This document shows, in pieces, positions 1 through 13,800 of a stretch of 64,000 nucleotides of DNA (positions are counted from its first letter, which is position 1; each line of letters begins with the position of its first letter). Origin of the DNA: Catajapyx aquilonaris (Eukaryota); the NCBI GenBank assembly GCA_000934665.2, contig JYFJ02000322.1, positions 1-64,000 of the forward strand. The letters run 5' to 3'. Under the pieces are notes generated by a model that worked only from the letters and a program-made list of their open reading frames with translations, made no database searches and had not been told where the DNA came from. The position numbers were made by a program, and so were the translations under genes.

Positions 1-2666
1 CCACCTAACACCAAGCTAACACTCAACACGAGTACCTCATAAGTCGGCCATCTTGGATCGATCGTAGCGCCTCTACAGGCTACTGGTCTAGCGAATAGTG
101 CATCTCAAGATCTATTTTTGTGCAATGAACTGTAGTCCATTAGAATTCATGATTAAGGTTCCTAATTTAGTGACGTGTCTGTTGTTGCATGAGCAAGGAG
201 TTTGCTAATTGCTTTTTGAGAGTCGAGAAACTTCTACAGAATTTGAAAATCAGGAGCCCCCNCCCCCCCCCCCCCCTCAGTGGTTCTTATAGTAGATTAG
301 CGCGACGCCAATCTTGCAAGATGTTATGCCGTGCCTAGATTCTAAAGCAAGGATTTGCAAAATAATAGCATCATACGCAGGGATTTGATGCAATGCTGAG
401 AAGTTACTAAAAATAATTGAGCGAACTAGCGAAACAATTGCAGCTATACGACCTGTAATTGCAGTATGCAAATATCGGAATATATTAATTTTTTTGGCTT
501 ATTCGTCTGCTTGCGATCAGATGTTCACATTTTTTTTTGGCTTTTGCAGACTGCAGTCAGTTTCGCCCGTTTTATTTCATTTGGGTGCTCATGGGAAAAT
601 TTATTGCTGTGCGGATGTGCATACCTGATGCGGAGTTTTTAATCAGCATCCAGAATCAGAGTTATTCATGTACCCACCAGTAATCTGATGCCAATTTACT
701 AGCGTAAATGAAACGTCACAGTCATGTTAAAGTATGGGAACTAAAAAAAAATATTGCAATTTGGCTTTTGAAGCGACTCTGTCATGCTGCTACAGTATAG
801 CAACCTGATTTTTTGGCACAGTTTTATTTATTTTCCACTCTGGTCAAAAATGGTATGGTTCCATTAGCGTCGTCCAGGATGCTGCGTAACATGATATTAA
901 GGGGTGTCGTTAGAGGAAGCTGGCTGAGATAAGCGAAGAGGGGGGAATGCACGAGAGGTGGTAGTCCTCTCTTCGATCCACAACCGGCATCTTCCTGCTG
1001 CTGCAACCTCCCCCTCCATTGACTTTCCAGTCGCGACTACAAAAGAGAGAAGAGGAGGGTTGGATGACCCCCCCCCCCCCCTCTCTTTCCCCCCTCCAAA
1101 ACCCTTCACACTGGGGAACAACGAGTTTCCAAGAGCCTCGTACACTACCTGCAGATGCCCAACAATCTCTAGGACTTTATTGTTGCGTCAAAAGGAGATT
1201 TTCCAGATTGGACCACTCAAAATATTGCTTCAATTTGGAATCAACTCGGTCGGTTTCTTTGATAGGATTTGGAGCCAAACGACTCACAGCCATTCTTGAA
1301 TAATAGAGGAACGTAACAATGCCTAGTTATGAAGCGGAAGATGGTTGTTTTTATTTTAGACATATAGAGCAAAACGTGCCAGATGTGGCCTAATTGTTTA
1401 ACCTAAGTTTTATTGGCAATAATTTAAATGGTGTCCGTTGAAGTCCATGAACTTGTGTAATGGAAGCGCACTGGATGTGAACAACATGGCTTTTATGGGG
1501 GAAATATGGCGCACATAATTTTTTTTAAAGGGTACCGGTACTGTACCCGTCTTTGGCCGTTTTGAGAGTCATTGCCTCACAACATTGGAGACCACTAAAG
1601 GTAACCATCTCCATGTCACTCTCCTGCAATTTATTTGAGTAAGTTCTGCAGCAAATATGGAGTCGAATTTATTTCAACGTTTAATAATTGTGTTAGGCCC
1701 TATACCTTTTATTATGCAGTACTCTAGTTTAGACCACGTTGCAGGTAAACCTCAGCATAACTGATGGCCGCATTAGTGCAGTAATTGGGTGTCATTACCG
1801 TGATCATGAGTGGGCGGGTGTGTGGCCACCGAGTAAAGTTTCGCACAGCCAAACAGTATAATAAATATACACGATAATCGAAAAGATCCTGGCAGGGTTA
1901 CGACTTGGTTGCTAATTTAAAAATCGATGGCGTACGTTGCCGGTCGTTAAACTGAGCGAGAGAGACTACTCTTTAGAGGCGGAGAGGCCTATTTGCAGCA
2001 CACCAAATCAGAGCCGGAGAGTTAGAGGACACCGATTTAGGATTTAGACCATGTCTTGGAGTCGACTTGTACTCTCTTTGTAGTACAATTAGACTAATTT
2101 GGCTCGTTGTCTCGAGCGCTGTGACGAGGATGTGATAAAGATACAGTGTGTCGTTCATTATTATCTAAGGACATATAAGTGACGAGTATTACAGCATAAA
2201 TAAAATTGTTACATCAGGAAATGCTCAATTTGATGAGAGTAATTTTGTCACGTCGAATTTGATTGCGCTTCCGGGCAACTGTTGCGATTTCCATTTTGGC
2301 ACAGTAGTAGGGCTTCCGAGTAACGACGTAACATGGGCCATGCGAGAGGGCTAATTTTTGAATCACATGCAGTACTTTAATAATGGTCGCGTGCATAAAG
2401 TCATCCCATAAATCACACCACCAATAGGAACAAGGGGGGTTATATAGTCTTTTATGAACGGAGAGACTCGAAACAGTTCGACACAACGGACTAATATAAA
2501 AAGTTATGTATTATTCAAATGCTAAATGGGGGCCAATGAAAGGCTCGGTGTAATTATTCCCAGACAGTACGCCAAAAAAACGCTAGACACTAAAAATTTT
2601 GACATGTCAGTGTGGTGTTATTGTGAATATTTTGCACCAATTGTTTCTGAAATTTTTGATTAATGA

Positions 2667-2880
2667 GGGATGTGGTGGAAAAACATGACAACCGTCATTT
2701 CTGTCATTTTTGACCTGAACACCTAGCAACTATGCCGTATAAAAAGACACGAAGAACAGTTTGGTATTGTCCAAGTTCATACGACAACACGGACTAGATC
2801 AAAACCCGATTGTGCAAACTTCAATTTGCTCTCCTGAAAAATTACACTTTTGAGGGTTGTCACGTTTTCCCACTGCACCC
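2667..2880. mobile_element. Possible old MITE (about 26-bp imperfect terminal inverted repeats)
   Basis: gggatgtggtggaaaaacatgacaacc versus ggttgtcacgttttcccactgcaccc. Confidence 0.35.
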
Positions 2881-5800
2881 CTAATATGTTGATCAATAAC
2901 ACCCATTTTTAAAAATGTTGTGCTAGGGTAAACAATCATGTTTTTCTTCCTATTGAAACGAGCACATGCAAAGTGCTCGAGGACATTTCAAGACATGGGT
3001 TGAACAGTGTCTCTTTCTAAACTACGAGGGGTATGCATGGATCTGAGAGATGCTGAGGATGGTACCATTGATCCTCTCTCAGCTGTTGCGGGTTTTCCCC
3101 CCTCCTCCCTCGTATATAGTCCTTTTTTTTTCCTCCCAGAAAAAGACATTGCGAGGTAGGCACGTAAAGAGTTGATGGTATCGATCGAGGGTTGCAATGC
3201 CCGGTAGAGGGCGGGTAGGTAGGTAGGTCGAAGTGTGTGTGTGTGTGGGTGTGGGTTGGTGGGTGGGTTTTCTGTCGGTGCTACAAGCGCCATCTGTATC
3301 GATCCACAGAGAGAGGCCCCAAGTGCCAGCCGAGGCATCGTCCTCCTCTTTTCCTCTCACTTATAACACGTTTTCTCCGAAAACTTACGTCTCTTTTTCG
3401 TATATCCCCCCCCTTAAAAAACCCTGAAATTTTACTTCCTGCAAATTACATTGTGTTAAATCACAACCCGGCTGTATAAACCGAGTGTGTGAGTGTGTGA
3501 GTGCGTGGACATCTTGGCAAAGTGCACTGCTCGCTCGGATTTGAAAGGTACGGTGAACTGTATAATACATGTCGTTCAACCTGTCGCGAACCCACGAGTT
3601 TCGAATTAAGGCGCGCGCTTTTCGGACATGGCGCTTTTGGTACACCTGAAATAATGCAAAATCAAGGATCATCCATTGTGGTAGGACCGGACTAGGGGTC
3701 AAATTCAATAGGTGAAGGACCACTTTGGGGTCGGGCAAGACACGCGAATAATCGCTCGCTACAAAATTATCGCGAAATGATTCGCCGTCGCGATTTCTTT
3801 ACATATCTGAGCGATTATCAGTAAAATTGCTTTTTAAGTGTCAAACGTTTTTTTCCCCTACTTTATAGAGTTGCTGGCACTTATGCATTTATATTGGCAT
3901 TGCGCGCTTGTTGATGTTATTTCAGAGTATTGTAACGGGCCTTTTGGTAGCGAGTTGGAATAATATTTGCTTCAGCTTCCAGCCTTTTCGGAGCCAAGAG
4001 TGTGTACCATTGCACTACTCAGGCCGTTTCGTGTTGGAAATGTTTCCGTTTTCACGCTCTCTAGAAATAATACGATGCTCTAAGTGCGGTGTGCTCTAAT
4101 AAACGACATTGTTTCGATAGCAAAGTGTTGCCGTTATAATTTAAGCATGTTTTTTTTTTTTCAAACTTCTGCCACTGGTGCTCCGCAATTTTTGGATGAC
4201 CGCCTGCTAAGGGAAAACTGCAGGTCCAACTGTAGCTTGAGCTGTTGAGCGAACCGAGTGTAATTTTATGTAACTACCGGTGCACACATGTCGGATTGGA
4301 CTAAACTCTGCCCAGTCTGACATTTTCACACGTCCGCAAAATTTTTAAAAATGTGTTACACGATTTTTGTATAGAGTGACTGTCAGGACGTGAGTGGGAA
4401 AAGTTGCTTACTTAAGCATTCTATAGGTAAATAGAAAAGAACAATCGCACGTAAATGTGATCCTGGTTGTTTAATATGATGGTGTAAATTGTTATCCTGT
4501 TTAATTCAACCTTCAGGAGAGCCCATTAAATAGCACTGATTACAAATTGTTGACCTGAAATGAATCTGTTTAACATTTCAGCATAAACTTCTAGCGCAAC
4601 GGACTAATTACATTAATATCTCATTTTTTCCTCATAATAACGTCAGCAACGTGTTTAAAACTTTGTCATCCATTTATTATTAATGAGAGCACTGAAAACT
4701 GAGACCAGCGGTTCAAATATAGCGGTAGGATAATAATATCAGTAACGGATACTGTTAGCAGAAGACGACTGTTCCATGAAATCATCATTAGAGTTTCATC
4801 TGTAATCGAGACCACATTATAAATTATGGGTAACAAAGGTAGTATTTAAAGAAAACAGAAATAAACCTTACGCGGTGATCATTAATTAGGTCGAGTTTCG
4901 TGCCACTGAAAATAGTCAATGAGCAACTTGTGTGTGATTCTTTTCCATTGACTCTCAGATATCACGCAAAATTATGATTAACATGCCATTTCCACGTTGG
5001 GTTAATGATCGAGAAAATGTCACAGCGAGCCAAGGGTCTCCACTCCGGTAATTATTATTCAAAACCCAGTCATTTTTGCAACAATCTGGCGTGCGAGTCG
5101 ACCTCACTGTCAGTCATGCGACACGGTTGTTACACACTCATGTTGTTGTTGGTATGCTCCTTTTGTCACTGTCAAATTGTATCGGTATATGCTCGGCTGC
5201 TAGTTTTATCGCCATATTCTGCATATCACTTTAATTTCAATTTATGTTCAAACGGAACTTTCTATAGCTGCCTAAGTTTAAACCAAAGTTAAATACATAA
5301 GGTTGGCAATAAAGGCTCCAAAAAATAGCGTAAAAAAGTAAAAGCAGATGGCTGTTGTGGCGACAGCGGAAAAAACAACAGTAACGAATATTGGACAATA
5401 GGAATGAAGAATAATGGGCTGAAAATTCCCTCAGGCCACTGGGTTGATACGACAACCTGAACCTGTCGTCTACCTTTATTAATGTCCCTGCATGTAAAAA
5501 TTAGACTTACGAGGACATGCACACTGCACAGGCCACTGAATTAATCATGTTCAAGGCACGATTATAACATGTTTGCTGACGGGAGCTAGAATCTTGGACT
5601 GCTTGGTTTTTTTTTCCCCCTGCCTTTTACTGGGGCTATTTGTCGATAGAATTTTCGTTTACTTGTGGCGACACAAGTGATGGGCTCTGAGCTGGCAAAG
5701 GCCCCCTGAAATTTGATTAGGATTTACGACACATTGACACCGTCGAAAAGGTTTGAACTCACTCGGCCAACGTGTAAGTGTGTGTGCAACGTCCGACTGA

Positions 5801-7758
5801 AAAGCAAAAAAAATTGGCAAATTCGCGTTTGAAGTCTTTGGAACTCTTGCAGATTTTAACTTAATTAGGGCTCAAAATGTTAATCACTTCCACTTGGAAG
5901 TGGCCTTATGAAAGCTTGAGGGGGGGGGGGAAGGCGTTTTAAAATAATTTTTAGCTCCACGTTTGCCTGGATGGCCTACTAACACCACAGAGCTATCAGT
6001 CTAGAATGTAAATAATTAATTCGGTTCAATTCAGGGGGACCTTTCCCTCGGGAAATATGAAATATTCATTTTCTGACGTCGTGCAGTGTAAAGGTGAATG
6101 ATGAAAGAGTGAAATGTGTTTTCATTCGTGCCATTCCCAAGGTGTCAGGAAATTGATGGCTTTATTTTTATTAATGCTCATGGTTCATAATCCTGTCGCA
6201 TTTGCTGGGGAACAGGGTGTTTCATTACTATACGACTGAAATTGTAGCACATAATTTTGTGAGACAAAATGTGTATGAGAAAAGCAGCTTATAAGTACTG
6301 TGGGATTTATCTTTAGAGCTTCTTCTTCTTTTCCCGATCCGGATTAAAAACATACTGTAGTTGGATGGTCTCTTTGAAGGATATTTCTAGATTGTGCCTT
6401 TGACTGCTGTAGGCTTAATACTTGGAGAGCATCGCACTCTATTGAGTCTGGATGCTCCTCCTAAAGCAGCTCTCTCAAAAATTAACAAGGAGCTCAGAGT
6501 AGTTTGGGAAGCCAGTGCCCCGTAGATTGAACTCAAAAAGGACCCAGTGGTATCATTGTGTGTAGTTTCAGGAATAGTAGCATTCGGAGGAGAGGCGGAA
6601 ATTAATAAAACATATAACACATGAATTGATGGTGGCGATAGAAGCAGAAAATTGCGTGCAGAACAGGATGTGTATTAATACAGTACATAAATCATTGTAC
6701 GATGAAAAGGCATAAATCTCTTCCCTTAAAACCGTAAGTGGAATAGTTTGGGGGGGAAAAATTGGGGAACTTTGAGTAGGCTACTAGAACTTCCTCTAGA
6801 GTAGGAAACATCTCCATTTGTGAACCCCCGCTCACTCTCTGACGGCCTTTGTGTGACGAAGCTTGATGATGATGACTGTGATGCAGATTCTGTCATCCAG
6901 CTGCCTCGGACAAAAAGAGAAAAATGAGCAGAACCTGAATTTTTTTTTTGTGGGGATGTAAGTTGGAGTTTCAGATGGACGTGGAATTTTTCATTCGTTT
7001 TTTTGCCATTTATTAAAGACCACAAACATGAGGAATCGTCTGCATTTCAAGACCACGTCCCCCCACGTCAACATCCACTAGATCAGTGGTTTCCAACCTT
7101 TTCAGGCCTTCACACCCCTTCGAGAGAAGTTGGTCCTTGTCGTACCCCCGATACTAGGATGACAGATTTACCGAATCCTTGACATTTAACTAATCCGTGA
7201 TAATCGTGACACCTTATAATCAATATTTTGGGACCAGGAGTATGATGAAGTGAAAAAAAATTAAGTCATTTTTTCGATTATAATCCAGCTATATTTTCCT
7301 TTGTGAAAGCCACTTATTGGCTGTGATATGTCCAAAATTGTTCGATTTGGTAAGTAGCCCCAGGAGGGCCACCTCGTACCCCTGGTTGTACGCCTGCAGT
7401 AGATGAATGTTTTCTCTTGTTTTCTCGGCCACTTTATGATATGAAGTGCGTACAAAGAGGGCGTAATTTACATCGTTAATTCAGAATCGCTTCAAATTCA
7501 CCAGGCTGATCGTATACGTGGCTCCAAGAGGAACAAATAATTATTTACAGGACCAGGCCGAGGTTCTAGAACCTGATTAAAAATTAACCGCCTGTACTTT
7601 ATGGTAGCCATGAGAAGCGACATATTCATTAAATGAATCAGCTTGCTTAATTCAGGATAATTTGCATTACTAAAAAGTTTGGAATACATTTGGCAGGACT
7701 AAAGTGGCTCCTTTTAGCTACAAGCTGACTGATTCTTGTGATGTCCGGATATGTTAAA

Positions 7759-7833
7759 AAAATTCCTGATATTGGTCAGTGAATTTCCCAGGCTATATGC
7801 CTGGGAAATTCACTGACCAATATCAGGAATTTT
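7759..7833. repeat. Perfect 35-bp inverted repeat with 5-nt loop
   Basis: aaaattcctgatattggtcagtgaatttcccaggc - tatat - exact reverse complement. Confidence 0.95.
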
Positions 7834-10800
7834 CCGCCCTGCTGCGTACGTAACTCATTTTGGCCAAAATTGGCACTTGATTCCTTTTGACCAAGCAGTG
7901 CTCAATTATAGCGAGCCAGCGTACCATGAGATCCATGCTCCCAGACTGCGATACCACTACATTGTCAATATATAGTTTCGGAAATAGAACTCCCTGACAG
8001 AACTACAAAGTTGCTGATAAGGGACGAAACTTACATCTGACTATAAGTTTCTTATTCCACTGGTTCATGAACCATATTACAACTTGTTTTGGATTATGTA
8101 CTGTACATACTGTAGGTGGGGTTTGCAATTTGAGGTGATCCGCTGATCAGCAAAATGACTCGCGAATAACCCATGAATTATTTATTGAGGGAGCTTAAAG
8201 TCTACGTTATAAGGCATCAAATTATACTCGGTATCCATACATTATAAATCAAAGTCGACTTTATTATCGACAAGGTGATCCTTCGATAGCACTCCATTAG
8301 CATGTGCCGCACTCTAAAATGATTTATTCATAGTTTTAGTACTACTCCACTCACGAAACCCTGCAGTGAGTTACTTTGAACTGCAGAACGTCGAACCAGA
8401 CCCAAACGAAAGCGAAAGTGTCCTTCAGTATATAATGGACATCGACATGCTCCACCAAACTGTACGTTTACAAGTCAGTCCGATATGCCAAAGTAATAGA
8501 GTACAGGCCTTGCACACAGTATACACCCAGCAGAGAGAGAGAAAAAAACCCTCGTACTGTAGGCTACATGCAATGAATGGGCTTGTACTCTCCCGGCATC
8601 AATATAGAGCAGATGACGTGGAGTCCATTCTTTGCATAGAGCCATGGAATATGGTGATGGGAGGAAAAACAAGTGGGGGACAAAATGGTGGCGTGGGTGT
8701 AACCATGGCGTCGTGCCTGCGGTGGGGGGTCTATAATAATGGTGTCAGTCCTTTTGCTTTGCACACGGAGGGATGCGGTGTACTGGCTGCTGGGGTATCA
8801 ATTATTTTAGGTGACAAACCAGCGTCGGGGACTGTCCATGTTTGTCGGCATAATCACATGGGAGGGTCGGAGATACAGCATGATTGCTATGGCGGGGCTG
8901 GTTTTAATTTTTGATGAATTTACGCCCAGGTTGTTGGAGGTTGACGTACTGGGTGGCCCTCAAAATAGTCGAGGACTTATTGACATACATTCTGGAAAAG
9001 GTGAAGTTAAAAAGGAGATAATCGCAGGGTGATTTTTAATGCCATTAGCAAGGGTGGTTGAAGGGTTGTATAACTAGAAGGATAACCCCTGTTATCAGCT
9101 TGTATGGCAAAACTAATTTATATTCTCCAAATGAACAGCGCAAACTGTGTACAGTATTAAAGGCTATACCATGACGAGTTGTATGATTCCGTACAGTGTT
9201 AATTATATCACTGCGCAATATTATAAACGGGTTCAAGTCAATTCTTATCTACTGAAATATAGCAGCCTTTTTTCAGTGAGAGATTAATGTTGGAAAATGA
9301 ATAACACATTAAGCGTGACTCTGATGTATACAGTACCCAGACTGGGGAATAATAATAATTGTTTTACAATAACATTGCTGAAGGGTTGCCAACTTCAGTA
9401 GCATCTGCTTCGGTTCCATTACCTCATCTACATTTTCAGACATTCATTTTGTACAGAAATGAAATTATTGATATGCTGGAAATTGAACGTGTAGGGTACG
9501 AAGAGTGTGTATGAAATTATGTTCTGATACAGCCTGCCTCGAGTCTATATCACATCGATAGTAGAGGTTGGTACGCGCAGCCACTACTGTGAATCAAATT
9601 ACTGAATTGTTATTTTAATTGCCCTTAGGACAATACGTGCCGGATCGATTTGCCATTAACCGGAAGTCTTTGCCGGCACGTGACCGACATTTCCGGTCGA
9701 TCAGACCCTGCTGGATGCTGAGCCCAGTTGCACAAAGCAAACACCACATAGATTTCTCTATATACCCTCTGCCTGAATAGAGATTCTGACCCTATACAGC
9801 TTCCCTTTTTCTTCAATGAAAGTGCAATGCAGCTCAATTCAGCATAGATCAAGTATTTTAGGACCGCTCTTTGCAGGTGGTTTTTTCCACCCCCCCCCCC
9901 CCCCACCCTGGGTTATTCCCAGCGGACTCCTCTTTCCCTTCGAGAGATCGTGGTATTGATTTTAACGTAGTGCTACACAGGCAGCGTAGGAAATTTAGGG
10001 CAGAGTTAGCTCAGAGAAAGATCACTGCCCGTCACCTACAAAGGAGTCTCCTGTATTTATCTGCCACCAGGGAGCAAATTCCTGGCTTATATAAAAGGAG
10101 GAACTACTTATCATGGCAACAAAAAAATTAGACGAAAAGTGGAGCCGTTAATGATCATTTTTAGTACAAACTTGAGCCTAAGTGTGAGCTAAGCGCTATA
10201 GGCATACTATAGGAATAGCAGGAATTACCTGACCTATCCCAAACCAACAGAGCTAATCCTTTAAGCTCATAATCTATCCTGTTCAGAAAGGGTTACCTAA
10301 GTTGCATGTACGAGGTGTACTGTAGCTATATTTGGTGTAAAGGTGTCGTTGTCTCAGCAGTTTTGTTACAGCACAATTAGTATCCTGGCATGTATGCACC
10401 CCTTCGTGATTCGTGAGTGAAACCTTATCCTGGAATTTTACGCTGATTTAACACTAATTATCTCGCTAACAAAGGTGCTGACATCTCTACATAAAACAGT
10501 CCAAATGTTTACTTCAAAACACTTATACAATAATCATTACAAATCACCATGATTTCAGGTAACAAAATACTTCCATCATTGCTTAACATCTGACAGAGAA
10601 TTTTACACGAGTTTCAATGGCAGCTTCAAGCCTTATTGAGAAAGATCTTTTTCTCTTAGCTTTTTCTTCATCTTGCAAAGAAGAAGGAAAAGTAAAAACA
10701 TGTGGAAGTGGAGGTAAAAAGAAGAGAGAGAAAAAAGCTGGGCCGATTCTGGATTCCCCTGGAGGGTTTATTCAAAAGCGCTTCAAATTTCCCAGACGAG

Positions 10801-13800
10801 GCTTTAGGACCAAGCTTCTACCACTCATTTTAATTAATGCAGGCCACAGGGCCCCGCCTCTTTCAAGACTCGCTGCCTAGAGCCTATCAGAGTCTGATAT
10901 AAATAATGCATACTAATGACTGGTGCAAGTCAGAAGTAGATGAAGTTGTCTGGAGATGTTCATCATGCTGGTATGCGCATGATTTATTACTGCTGAGAGC
11001 TCACCTTTTTTGCAGAACTAAATGAAAGAGGCATCCTTATGCCAGTAATAAAAAATTCTGAAATGGAAAAATTGGCATTTTAAAAATAATTGTTTAAAAA
11101 CTGTATAGTTCATAAATTACTATTTTAAAAAAAAACTTTCCAGTACATATAGTACTGTACTTGTAGGGAAGTTGTCTGAACCACCCTGTACACATCAACG
11201 AATGAAGACTTTGTACAAGTTTCGAGCCTTTAAGGTCGAAGGTGAATGTCCACTTCTCTGGACCGTGTCCACATTTAATTAGACCTGTCCATGGCGCCAG
11301 GTGAAAGGATGAACCCGGACTTCGCTCGGTTTCTCCGGGATTAAATCAGCTCCAGACTCCTGGAGTAGGATTACGGCCTCTTTCCCCGGACATTTAACTC
11401 GAGGGGGAACTCGCGTATTGGACTTTGCGGCTCTGTCGACATGTAGTACAAATAGCCCTCGGGATCGTCCCGACAACAATCCGTCAATGGAAGTGCCGAA
11501 TTGATGGAGACGACAGTGCATGTACTGTACAATACAATACAATACTGTACATGACGAAACGACCACACTTCTATAGTACTATTAAAATGACCGAGACTTC
11601 TGATTGGCCTGCATTTTATTGTTTACGCGAAGCTTCCGATTGGCCCCTTCTCTGCGTCTGCGCAATAGGGAAGGCAGCGCCTCTGGTGGATGGAACTAGC
11701 TATACTGTTTAAAAGAAGCAGTGTTAATGTTGACTCCATCACATCACTGCTTAAGGATTACATTCCCAATTTATTTGCAATTGGCGGTCTAGAAGTTGCA
11801 CTGGAAGTATTACCTTATGGAGATGCCACACATGTCGCGTTTCCCACCTGGAAGGAATTCGAAGTAAGATCGCAGAAAATAAAGGTTCATGCTGGGCTCA
11901 CGGGACCATTAAAAGTTCAATGGGATCCCTTCCCTCCGTCTCTTTCTTTTCTCCAGAAAACAAAGGAAAGGAACTCCACATTGGGTGCTTTCCGATTTCT
12001 TTAATTATTTAAAAGGCAGCCTGACATGTATAAATCGAAGATGTTGATGTAATGACTTGTGCGTGTGTTGGGTGGTCGTTATAGTTTCAGGGCACCTTAA
12101 AGTAAAGCATGTATCCAAACGAGGATGATATTAATGTTCCCCTTGAGGATGTGCTCTCTAATCGTTTTTAGAAGCGGAATTTCCTGCTTCCTAATGGAAT
12201 TACAACCCCATTACATATTTTTTTGTTTGCTCGTTTTGATCTGCCCCGGGGGCTTCTAAGTATGGGACAGAGAATGGAAAATGTATTGATTCGAAGGTGG
12301 GAAAACTATTTGTGAACTCTTAGCCATGGTGTTTTGTAGAGTAGAAATATCTCTCCTGAAAAAATTACAGCATTGTATAGCATTATTATATAGCAAATTA
12401 GAGCCATGTGAGGTAATTCCATGTTCATATAGTGCCGTTTACTATGGAAATGAATTCAGTAATTACGGAATGAACAAAAAAATAGTCTGTATAATAGTTG
12501 TGTACCGTTCCTAAAACATGCAACAGGTTTGAACTTTTTTGCTGTTTTAGCAGCCTTTTTTAGCTTGCCTTTATTTGGCAAGAAAGTTCTAATTTTATCT
12601 CCGATTATACAGATTTGCATGATTGTGTAAACTGCTCAAGTTGGTTTTGGTAACACAGGTTAATTGTACACTTTTTTTTGACAAAATCGTGCTGAGCATG
12701 ATAAAATATTATTTTGGTCACACCTCTCGGATATCTTGGATGGTTGAAGGTTTCCTATCAGGCAGGGATATTTCTTATCATTCATGATGACTAAAAATAA
12801 AAATTATATCTCAGTACCTTTCATAAGACCAAAGGTAACCAAGGGCAATAAATTTCCCGAGCTGATATGCAATTATTCTGAAAATCAGGAACGTTCAATA
12901 AAAGTCGAAAAATTATTGCCCACGCCCATCCGAAGGTTGCATATAGATTGAGGGGTGGAGAGAAAGCTGGAAAAAAACAGACATTCAGCGAAGTTGGAGA
13001 ACCGGAATAATTGTGCTGATTCTGCAGATGATTTCGTATTGTTTTCCTATCCCAGAATTACGATCCTTCGAGATTTTTTTCATGCATGGAAAAACGAGCA
13101 CAAAACGCGAAACCGCAAAATCCGGAGAGTAGCAGCGTATACCGGCGAGGTGATGAAGCATATCGTGGGGATGTCCTGGCCAGAAACGCGGTGCAGCAAC
13201 ACAAGCATTGCTCCAACGCTTGACAAGCTTCTGCATGTTGTCCAAGAGGTGGAAACAATTCAATGTGGATGACATGCGGTCATACGCAGCTTTACGGTGC
13301 AAAGGCCAGCCATGCTTTCAGAACCTATTCCATCTCTGGCAGATGCAGACTACACTACCAGGATGTTCATAATTAATATAATGACTCGAGTCATGGTATT
13401 AAATTGCATTGACGATTTTTTTCGCCATCGAGTTCAGCCGATTCAAAATGTAGGGCACGCAGCTTCGAGGTAATGCCGTAATTAGACCACGGTGGCGCGA
13501 CGTACTCCCAACTGTACTCCAAAGTATTTGCATATTAGTCCCATTTATAAGCGAATATGGAGAGGCATGCAGATGAAGAGAGGCGGCCACAAAGTGTCTC
13601 GGTCACCACCATTAGCTCCCGTGTCCCTGAGGAGATCTACAGTTACTCTGAAAAGGAGAGAGAGCCAAGGCGACAATAGGGTGCCAGAACTTGCTCGAGT
13701 CAACATTGTTACGGAACTGTTGACACTTCGACAATGGGTTCGTCTCGTATAGAATACATCGCTCCAATTGCAAAGAATCAACATCATGATCTGCCCTGCA

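Noticed and set aside
25..80. Possible first exon of a divergent - strand gene (AAGATGGCCG motif then g|gtactc)
   Set aside because: The ATG frame stops after 4 codons and the rest lies outside the window.
3060..3505. Possible synapsin promoter and non-coding first exon (GA/GT-rich, two gtgagt donors near 3489-3502)
   Set aside because: Plausible, but it cannot be tied to synapsin without transcript data.
7084..7103. hAT/Charlie-like TIR CAGTGGTTTCCAACCTTTT; also isolated Tc1/mariner-like CAGGGTG ends near 11185, 31360 and 40028
   Set aside because: No matching opposite terminus or TSD was found.
8366..8914. 182-aa + strand ORF
   Set aside because: GTG start, no recognisable domain, no codon bias, and no supporting exon chain.
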